Shown: one piece after another, positions 1-9,900 of the stretch
How positions within the stretch are numbered: position 1 is the first letter of the stretch
How the letters are laid out: every line of letters begins with the position of its first letter
NCBI GenBank assembly: GCA_004431415.1
Contig: QPMI01000022.1
Coordinates: forward strand, 62,001 to 126,000
Reading direction: 5' to 3'
Length of the DNA stretch: 64,000 nt
Source of the DNA: Cyanophora paradoxa CCMP329
Taxonomy: Eukaryota; Plantae; Glaucophyta
Position numbers and translations under genes: made by a program
Notes under the pieces: generated by a model
What the model saw: only the letters and a program-made list of their open reading frames with translations
Databases searched by the model: none
Told to the model about the DNA's origin: nothing

Positions 1-860
1 CCTCCTGCACCCGCGCCTCCGCCCGTGCTCGCTCGGCCCCCGCCCGCTGCGCCACCGCCGCTGCCTCCTCCTCCGGATCCGGATCCGGTCCGAGCGACTC
101 GCGCCACTGCTGAATCTCCGCCTCCTGTACCCGCGCCACCGCCCGTGCTCGCTCGGCCCCCGCCCGCTGCGCCACCGCCGCTGCCTCCTCCTCCGGATCC
201 GGATCCGGTCCGAGCGACTCGCGCCACTGCTGAATCTCCGCCTCCTGTACCCGCGCCTCCGCCCGTGCTCGCTCGGCCCCCGCCCGCTGCGCCACCGCCG
301 CTGCCTCCTCCTCCGGATCCGGATCCGGTCCGAGCGACTCGCGCCACTGCTGAATCTCCGCCTCCTGTACCCGCGCCTCCGCCCGTGCTCGCTCGGCCCC
401 CGCCCGCTGCGCCACCGCCGCTGCCTCCTCCTCCGGATCCGGATCTGGTCCGAGCGACTCGCGCCACTGCTGAATCTCCGCCTCCTGTACCCGCGCCTCC
501 GCCCGTGCTCGCTCGGCCCCCGCCCGCTGCGCCACCGCCGCTGCCTCCTCCTCCGGATCCGGATCCGGTCCGAGCGACTCGCGCCACTGCTGAATCTCCG
601 CCTCCTGCAGCCGCGCCTCCGCCCGTGCTCGCTCGGCCCCCGCCCGCTGCGCCACCGCCGCTGCCTCCTCCTCCGGATCCGGATCTGGTCCGAGCGACTC
701 GCGCCACTGCTGAATCTCCGCCTCCTGTACCCGCGCCTCCGCCCGTGCTCGCTCGGCCCCCGCCCGCTGCTCCACCGCCGCTGCCTCCTCCTCCGGATCC
801 GGATCTGGTCCGAGCGAATCGCGCCACTGCTGAATCTCCGCCTCCTGCAGCTGCGCCTCC
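1..860 (-). repeat. 120-bp tandem repeat, at least 7 near-identical units, coding AEIQQWRESLGPDPDPEEEAAAVAQRAGAERARAEARVQE on the minus strand
   Basis: The sequence recurs every 120 nt with only single-base variants. It is in frame with the upstream minus-strand exon. Confidence 0.95.
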
Positions 861-1640
861 GCCTGCACCCGCTCGGCCGCCGCCCGCTGCTCCACCGCCG
901 CCGCCCGCTGCTCCGCGGCCGCCGCGCGCTGCTCCGCGGCCGCCGCGCGCTGCACCGCTGCCGCTGCCCGTTGCTCGGAAGCTGCCACCCGCTGCTCCGT
1001 GTTCTTGGCCAGCTGCTCCGCTGTGCGGAGCACACCCCTCAGCTCCGCCGGACGCCTCTCCTCGGTCGAGGCGCGCGCCTCCGCCGCCACTGGCGCCTCC
1101 GCCGCGTTCTCCTCCTGCAGCCCGGGCGGGTGCGGCAGCGCCACTGGTGCCGCCGCCAACGCCGCCGGCGCCTCCTCCTCCTCGCCGGCCGTAAACGTTA
1201 ACGGGCGCCCACCTCGCCCGCGGCCGCCGCCGCGGCCGCGGCCGCGCCCGCGCCCGTGGGCGCTCTCCCGGCTCTCCTGGGCGAACGAGGAGGAGGCGGG
1301 GGCCGGGGCGTCGATGCCCTCCAGCAAGCCGGGACGCCGGCCCCGGCCCCGGCCCGGTGGACGCCCCCTGGCCCCGGCCCTGCCCCCAGCCCCGGCCCTC
1401 CCGCGGCCGCGGCCGCGCCCGCGGGCGCCGGTCCCGCGGGCGACGTCCTCGTCAGAGGACGTCTTCTCCTCGTCGGAGGAGGACGCCTCCTCCTCCTCCT
1501 CGTAGGCGAACGCCCAAGGGCGCCCGCCCCGTTCCCGCCCGCCGCGGCCCCGCCCGCGCCCGCGCCCGCGCCCGCGTCCACGGCTGCTCTCCGGGGTGGA
1601 GGAAGAGGAGGCCGAGGCTGGGGGGTCCTCCTCGGCGGAG

Positions 1641-1676
<36 letters not shown>

Positions 1677-3213
1677 TCGGCCGCGGGCTGGACGGTGATC
1701 GTCTTGAACTCGCGGCTGCAGATCTTGAGGATCTCCTGCGCGCCCGCCCGGCCCCGCGTGAGAGGCGGCGCGTGCGCGGCGCGACGCGGGGAGCGTGCTC
1801 GCCTCCAGCGCCACGTTGCAGTTGAGGTACCGCTCGCCGCGCACGTCGTCCGTGCACCCGTAAGCCAACCCGTCGACCCTGCAGCAGCGCGACAAGGCCC
1901 CGTCACGCGCGCGCGCCCGCCCGGTGCGATCCGCTCGGGCGGGCGCACTTCATGACCACGTCCGACGAGGCCAAGTAGCGTATCGGCTTGAAGAAGAAAT
2001 GGCAGGTCCTGCGCGCGCCTCGCGGCTCAGCTAACCTAGGCTTCCCTCTGCCCCTTGCCGGAGCGCACTTGTTCTTGCTGAAGCTGCGGCTCTCCTCCTC
2101 GGTCGGCTTGACGTGCTCCTGGATCGCGACCTGCGCGGGGCCGGGCGCGATTGCGCGGGTCAGGGTGGTTGGCGGGAGAGGCGCGCGGGCAGGAAGGGCG
2201 GGGGCGGGCCTTAAGCGCGGCTTCCGACGTTGCGAAGCCCGTGGCGACGGTCTTGCCCCCCACCTGGAGCTCGAAGCCGCCCTTCTTCACGCGCTTCGCC
2301 TCGGCCACGGCCGCGATCGAGGCGCGGCCGCGCTTCCGCTTCGGCGCGCCGCCGGCCTCGCCCGCCGCGTCGTCCTCCGTCCCGTCCGTGAGAAGCCGGG
2401 GCGCGACGTTCTTCTCCTTGCACTGCGGGCACAGGAAAGTGCCCGAGGGAGCACACGTGATACCAAGGCACTGCTTGTGGAACGAGAGGGGGCATCCGTC
2501 GCAGAGCACGAGGCTCCCGTCTTCGCCGCAGAGCTTGCACACGAGGTTGTTCGCGAGGCCTCCGGGCAGCCCCGTCACCTGCCGCCGGGCCCGTCAGATC
2601 CCGCTTCGCCGCCGCACGCCGACCGAGCGCGAGCGCTTGCGGACCTCCCCAGCGACCCGTTTGTCGGCCTCCTCGAGGGCCTGGGCGGATCGTGAGCGCG
2701 AAAAGGCCGCAGCAAGGTGGGAAAAGCGTGCCCTTTTCAGCTCGTTCGAAAGCTTGTACGTGCGATCCTTCAGACGCTGCGCAGCAGCGTCTCGGTACTC
2801 CTTCGCCCTGTGCTTCTCATCGGCCGTGGTGCCCACGAAGGGGGTCACGTTCCCGGGCCTGCAGAAGCCCAGGGTCGGATCGCCTTCCCCCTTGCCGCCG
2901 TATACGTAGCCAAGCCAGATGACAGCGATGTTCTTGCCCGGCCGGCTGTCCGCGATGAACGCTGGCCACATTCTGCAATGGAAAGAAGACCCAAGGCTAA
3001 GTTTGCGCGATGAAAAGATGACTCAAAGGCTCGAATAGGCTCGGGCGGGGCCGGGCGGGCTTCGTAAGCTAGTCTCGCGTATTTTGACAGGATCGGAAAT
3101 GCGAACGAGGCAGGCGCGCACGTTTCGAATTCGTCGTCGACGTCTTCCGGATATCGATCCTTCCTCGCCCATACGATCGACCCGTATTCCGGTGGCGCGG
3201 GGTGCGGCATCAT
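1..3213 (-). CDS. PWWP + PHD finger + RG/AT-hook chromatin protein (copy A) with a C-terminal coiled coil and 40-aa repeats; multi-exon, 3' end beyond the window
   Basis: Exons read PPEYGSIVWARK...MWPAFIADSRPGKNIAVIWLGY (PWWP-like), CKLCGEDGSLVLCDGCPLSFHKQCLGITCAPSGTFLCPQC (PHD, C4HC3) and RGRGRG/GRPPGRGRG. The last visible exon starts at 1735 after a CAG acceptor and stays open in one frame to the window edge. The start codon is uncertain. Confidence 0.8.
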
Positions 3214-3908
3214 TACGTATACGTGGCAATTGTGAAGGTGCAAAGGCTGCTTGGGCAGCTTGCCGTACGCGCGCTCTGGTACCGGTCAAATACTAATGGC
3301 TCGCGCGTGATCGTTGCAATTGCGGGCAAGACGGGGCGAGAGACGAGCGTGCTCGAGAACGGCCTGGCGGAATTCGAAGCGCGGGCCTGGCGGAGAACGG
3401 CCTGGCGGATCGGAGGCGCGGGCTCAGCGGCCTCACATTCCTGCGGGCCGTGGCGAGAATGCGCACCGATCCGGTTTTGCACTGCAGCTGGTCGTGGCCT
3501 GCAGCTGGCGAAGGCGCGCGCGGACTGCAGCTGGTTCGAAAAAAATTCGAGGGTACGAGTATTGTTCGTCACTTCGTTCGCGGCTGAAGAAGCCGAATTT
3601 AAAACCTTCATGATCAACGCTGGCGCTCCCGCTAGCGTTGTGGTGTAATCGGCCGGGGCCTTGGGGGAAGGAGAGGCGCGGGGCCCTCCCGTCCCACCCT
3701 CCCGACCCTCCCGTCCCACTCCGCGACCGCGGCTGACGTCGACGTCACTTGGAAAAACGTTAGCACGTCCACGTGCACGTGCACCAAAACGTGTTGACAG
3801 GAAAAAGCAACTGCAACCGTCGACCCCTACCTACCTAAAGCTCCCGAATAAATGCATGCGAACCACTAAAGAAGAGGGAAATAAAAAAGGCCCGCGGGCA
3901 TCCTATTA

Positions 3909-6900
3909 TCAGCCGATGGCGTTGAAGGCAACTTCGCGGTTGGCCTCCTCCAGGACAGCGATGCGGTCCTTGAGGGCGCGGATCTCGGCCCGCGCGCGCT
4001 CCAGCTCTCGCTCGGACTCGCGCACGCCGGCCGTCTCCATCCTCGCCTCCTGCAGCTTGTCCATCAGGCTCTGGATCGTCTCCTTCGTCGTCTCCTTCTC
4101 GCTCGCCCACGCGTCCTCCCGCCTCCGCATCTCCTTCTCCAGCGCCTCGTGCTTCTTCTCCAGCTTCGTGAGCGCCAGATTCGCCTGGTCCAGCTGCCCG
4201 GGGCGTAAGCGAGAAGCACAGCAGAGTAGCGCGGCGCGAGCGAGCCTCCTCGGAGATGTCGGCGTTCTCGCACTGGAGCCGCTCGACCTCCTCGACGCCC
4301 TCGGTCTGCACGGCGAGCAGCTCGGCCTGCGCCCCCGCCAGCTCGCGCCGCGCCGCCTCCAGCTCGCCCGCCGCCGCCGCCGCCTCCCGCTGGGCGCCCT
4401 CCAGCTCTGCCTTGAGCTTCTCGACGGCCGCCCCGCGGTCCTGCGCCAGCAGCTCCTGCTCCCGCAGCCGCTCCTGCAGCTGCCCGTTCTCCGACGTCGC
4501 GGCGGCGACCGCCTCGTGCTCCTCCGCGAGCTGCTCCTCGAGCTCCGCCACGCGCGCCTCGCGCTCCCGCGCCCGCCCCTCCGCCTCCTCGTAGTCGCCC
4601 GTCGCCCGCGCCAGCTCCCGCTCCAGCCGCGCCACGCCCGCCAGCGCCTGCCGGCACGCCTCCTCCTCCGCCCCGAGGCGCCCCCGCAGCTCGTCCCGCT
4701 GCGATCGCGCGCGGCGCCGCGCGTCGGCGCGGGCGGGCGGGCGGGCGGGCTCGAGAGGGCGAGGAAATGGAAGCGGACCTCCTGTGCGAGCGCCTCGAGG
4801 CGCCGCGCGCGGTCCTCCGCCTCGGCGCCGACGCTCGCGCACTTGCGCTCCTCGGCGGCGAGCTTCTCCGCCAGGCGCGCCCCGCTCGCCTCCGCCTGCT
4901 CGGCGCGCGCCTGCTGCGCCGCCGCCTCGCGCCGGGCCGCCTCCTCGCGGTCCTCCGCCTCGTGCAGCTCCTCCTTCAGGCGCCGCTTCTCCCGCTCGAG
5001 CTCCTTTCGCTTGTCCACGGCGCTGTCGAGCTCGCTCGCGGCCTCGTTGCGCGCCCGGTCGGCCCGCGTCAGCCGCTCGGCGAGCTCCGCCCGCTCCGTC
5101 TCCAGCGCCTGGCAGCGGCCCGTGAGGCGCGCCACGTCTCCCTCCAGCACCGTCTGCGTGCGCCGGCGCCGGGCTCAGCAGGCGGCGAGCGGCGGCGCCG
5201 CGGGCAGGCGGGCGGGCCCGGGGCACCTTGGACTGCTCGAGGTCGCGCAGGTGCTTCTGCGTGTGGCTCGCCTCCCGCTGCAGCTTCGAGGCCTCCTCCT
5301 CGGCCGCCGCCCGCTCCCGCTCGGCCCGCTCCTTGCCCCGCTCGAGCTCCGCCGCCGCCGCCTCCAGCGCCGCCTTCTCCTTCGCGAGCTTCTCGCCGGC
5401 GGCGCGGGCGCGCTCGAGCTCGCCCTCCAGCGCCCGCCGCGCCTCGTCGGCCTGCGCCAGCTTGTCCCGCGCCTCCGCGAGGTCCGCCTCGAGCTTGCGG
5501 CCCCGCGCCTGCGCCGCCGCCAGCGCCGCCTCCGCCGCCTCCTTTGCCGCCTCCGTGTCCTGCGCCCGCCCCGCCCGCTCAGAAAGAGAACGTTATCAGC
5601 TGCACAGCGCCGGGCCGGGCGCACCCTCAGCTGGTCCCCAATGACACGCCGCCTCTCCCGCACGTCATTCAGGTCCCGCTCGAGCGCCGCCTGCGCCGCC
5701 GCCACCACCGATCAGACGAGCCCGGCGCGGGGCGGGGCGCGGCTCGTCCGGCGGACCTTCATCTCGCCGAGAGTGGAGACCTGTCGCTGCGACTCGGCGA
5801 GCTCGACCTCGAGCCGCGTCTGCAGCTCGGCGCGCTCCCGCACGAGCCGCAGGTTCTCCGCCTCGGCCGCCTCCTTCAGCTTGCTGATGTCGCCCTTCTT
5901 CGCCTCGCGCAGCTGCTCCAGCTCGCGCTCCAGGCCCGCCCGCTCGCCCTTGGCCACCGCGAACTGGTTCTCCAGCGCCGCCTTCTCCTTCTGCAGCTCC
6001 GCCAGGCGCCCCCGCGCGTCCTTCGCCGCCGCCGACTCCGCCGCCTGCAGCTCCTCCAGCTGCGCCACCTGCCCGCCCCGAAAGCTCACGATCAGCGACG
6101 CTCCCAGCTCAGCTCTGCGCGGCGGGGCGGCTCGCCTGGTTGGAGAGGCCGTGGCGCTCCTTCTTGACGGCCGCGAGCTCCCGCTGGACCGACTCGAGCT
6201 CCGCCTCGGCCGTCGCCCGCGCCGCCTCGGACTCGGCGAGCCGCGCCTCGACGCGGGCCTTGGCGTCGTCCAGCGCGCGCGCGGCCGAGGCCGAGGCGCC
6301 CTTCTCCTCCTCCACCGCCCGCGTCGCCGCCTCCTGCTCCCGCAGCGCCGCCGTCGCCCGCGCGATCTCCGACTGCGCCGCACCGCCCCGCCGCCTCGGC
6401 GGCGTCCGAACGAGAGGGGGGCGAGCAGGAAGGCACCTTGAGGCCCTCGCGCTCGCGCTCGAGGGAGCGGATGTCGTCCTGCGCCTTGCGCCCCGCAGCC
6501 TGGCTCTCCTCCAGCGCCCGCGCCGCCTCCTCCACCCGCGCCCGCAGCTTCTCCACCTCGCCCCTGCGCGCCCTCGTGTGTGAGACGTGCGTGCGCGTGT
6601 TTGCGCTCGCCGGCGACGCACATGCGCTGCTCGAGTGTGTCGGAGAGGGCGCGCTTGTCGGAGAGGAGCGTGTCGGCCTCGCGCCGCGCCGCGTCGTAGC
6701 GCTCCTGCAGCTCCCGCTTCTCCTTCACCGACTCGGTCATCTTCGCCGCGTGCTCCGCCTTCGTCGTCTCCAGCACCTGCGCGCCGCCCGGCGTCAGCCG
6801 CGCGTTCGCTGCATGGACTCGGCGGCGCTGAGGAGGAGTCTAGGGCGGAGGGGGCTCGGGAGGGTGTGTGTGGTCTTCGGAAGGGGAGGGAGAGAGGACT

Positions 6901-9900
6901 GGACGGGGCGGGGCGGGATGGGCCCGAGCCTGAAGGAGGTCCGCGCGGCGGGTCTCCGCCTCCTCCGCGCGCCGCTCGGCGGCGCCCTTCTCGCTGCGGA
7001 GGCGCGAGAGCTCGGCGTCGCGCCGGGCGGCGCCCTCCTTGGCGTCCTCCCGGTCGCGCTCCGTGGCGCTGAGGGCCTGCTGCACGAGCCCGACCTTCTT
7101 GCGCGAGCTGGCGACCTCCGCCTCGGCCTTGGCGAGCCGCTCCTCCAGCTCGGCCTTGGCCTTGCCCCAGCGCTCCTCGGCCGCCCTGGCCGAGACGAGC
7201 GCGTCGCCGAGCTCGACGCGCACGGCCGCCTCGCGCCGCGCCGCCTCGCGCGCCTGCTCCTCCAGCGCCGCCCGCAGCGCCCGCAGCCGCGAGAAGGCCG
7301 CCTGCAGCTCGCCCGCGGGGTCCATCGTCTGCAGGCTGGATCCCTGGCTGCTCGAGACGCGGCGCGGGGAGAGCCGCGGCTGGTCGGCGACCTCCCCGCT
7401 CAGCCGCCCGTCGATGCTGAGGGTCGGGACGGGCCCCGCCGCCGAGCCGGCGCCGCTCGAGGTCCGCGCGGGGCTCGGCGAGGCGCTGCTGTGCCTCCTG
7501 GGGGCCCGCGGCGGTGTGGAGGCCTCCGCGATGCCGGGCAGGTGCTGCTGCTGCGCCGAGGGCGCCGGGGCGCTGGCCGACTGCCACTCGGCGGCGAGGC
7601 TCCCGAGGTCGAGCGCCTGCGCCGAGGCCCGCGCCAGGGCCTCGTCGGCGCGCTCGCGCCGCCCCCGCTCCTCCTCGAGCTTCTTGCGCAGGTCGGCGAG
7701 CTCGGCGGCCGCCTCCGAGAGCTCCCGCTTCGCGTCCGCCAGGCCCTTCTCGGCCACGTCCGCGTGCTGCGCCCGGCTCACGTACTTCTGCGCCTCGCTC
7801 ACCAGCTTCTGCAGCTCCTCCTTCAGCTGCGCGCGCCGCGGGCGTCAGTCAGCGACGGCGCACGGGCGCGCCGGGCACGCGCGCGCGCGCGTGCCTTTGC
7901 GTGGCGCTCCTCGAGCGCGGCGCGCTCCTTGCGGATGCGCTGTGCCTCGGCCTGGAACTCGGCGCCGCGGCGGCGCTCCGCCTCGAGCTGGCGCGCGGCG
8001 TCCTCCAGCTTCTCGGCGAACTCGCTCGTGGCGGCCTCGCCCCGCTCGGCGCGGCCCTGCGCCGCCGCCAGCCGCGCCTCGACGGCCGCCGTGTGCCGGC
8101 CCGCCTCGTCCACGCTCGCCACGAGGCGCTTCACCTCCGCCTCCGCCGCGCGGCAGCGCCGGGCCGCCGCCGCGACGGCCGCCGCGATGGACGCCACGTC
8201 GGGCGGCGCGCCGCCCTCGTCGGCGTCGAGGAAGGGGGCGAGGGGGTCCGCGGGGCCGGCGGCCGGGGAGGAGGGGGAGGAGGAGGGGGAGGGGGATGCC
8301 TTGGCGGGGGAGGAGGTGGTGGTGGGGGGGTCCGGGTTCGGGTCCTCGCCGCCCCCGGGGGCCGGCCGGCGGAGGGCGGCACGGACCTGGCTGTAGAAAG
8401 CCTCGAGCCGGTGGGCGCTCTCTTTTGCCGCCAGCTCCGCCGCGCTCTTCAGCCGCTCCAGCTCCGCCACCTGAGCGCCGCCGGGCCCTCTTAGCATAGG
8501 ACGATTAGGAGAGGAGCGGCTGCGCACCCGCTTCTCGAGCATGCGCTTCTCCTCCTGGAGCGTCGCGGACTGCTCGAAGAGCTGCTTGCCGAGGCCCAGC
8601 GGCGGCGGCCGGTTCTCCTTCTCCTCCTCGGTCCCGGAAGACGAGGGGCCCGCCTTGTCGAAGAAGGGGGAGGCGGAGAGGCCGGCGGCGCCGGCGCCCC
8701 GCGTAACCTCCGCCAGGTACTCGATCTCCCTCCGCACCGCGTCCACGCACGCCGCTGCCGCCCGCCGCCTGAGCGCGAGCGAAGCGGGCACCGCCGTGCC
8801 CGCGGGATACGCGCACCCTCGATAGCGGGCTCCGCGGCTCCGAGGGCGCGCTCCAGCGCGAGGCGTACCCGGTCGATGTCTGCCGCCGTCTGCGCCGGGC
8901 GGAGTGAGCGATAAAAGGCTGGAGGCCAGAGGAAAGAAGGCAGGCTCGCCTGGGCCTTGCACTGGCGGCGGGGCATGGGCTGCCGGACGTGCCGGTCGAC
9001 CATCGCGTTGAGGGCGCTGCCGGCCGTGCCGGCGGCGATGTGGTGCCGCTTCTTGACCTCCCCGAGGATGAGCCGCAGCTGCCGAGCGCCTCAGAACAGA
9101 ACAGAAGAGCAAGGGAGGGGCGGGCGGGCGGGCGGGCGGACCTTGCGCGCGAGCGCCGTGGTGCCCTTCTCGACCTGGTTGCCGCTCGGGCCGATCTCGG
9201 CCGCCCGGCGCCGCGCCCGCCACTTGCGGACGGCTGGCGGCCGCGTGGGTGAGGGGCGCAGGAGGGGTGGGCGGGGCGGGGCGCCCGCACCGGTCTGGAT
9301 GATGAACGCGGCCTCTCGCAGCTTCTGGAACCTCCGCTCGAGCCGCCGCGTCCGCCACGCTGCGCCGGATCCAGTGAGGAGAAGTCCGAGGCTGAAGCTG
9401 AAGAAGGAAGGAAGGAGCCGCACCGCACTGGAGGCGCAGGGCCGCGCGGTAGCGCTTGCGGAAGCGGTCGCGGGCGATCTTGAGCCGCACCACTGCGGCG
9501 GGTCAGAAGAAGAGGACTAGAAGCGCTTGGGACGAGGCGGGCGGGCGGGCGCACGGAATTGGAGGGCGCGGGCGCAGGAGCGGAGGGCGACGAAGCGGCG
9601 GCGGGTGAGGCGGCCGCGCACGGTCGCTTGGACCTTGAGCGCGCTGGCCGCCAGGCGCTTCTCAAGCAAAGACTCGAGGGCGCTCATCGTCTTGTCGTCG
9701 CGGATGTAGACGCGCGTCGAGCCCAGGGCCCAGTCCCCGTCCGGGAGCACGCCGGCCGACTCCAGGATGCCAAGGCAGAATGCCTTGGGGTCGGCGGGCG
9801 GGGCCTCCGGGCGGCTCCAGAGCACCCGGTAGCGGAGGATGAAGTCCTTGTGGGAGCGCCGGATGGCGAAGCCCTGCCGCCGGATGCGGATCGTGTCCAG

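Noticed and set aside
25-1194. 389-aa proline-rich plus-strand ORF (extensin-like)
   Set aside because: It is the antisense shadow of the minus-strand exon, which is spliced in frame to the PHD gene and is homologous to the coil at 52 kb.
3661-8499. Long plus-strand ORFs (926, 652 and 486 aa)
   Set aside because: Antisense to the myosin tail exons; stop codons are rare at this GC content.
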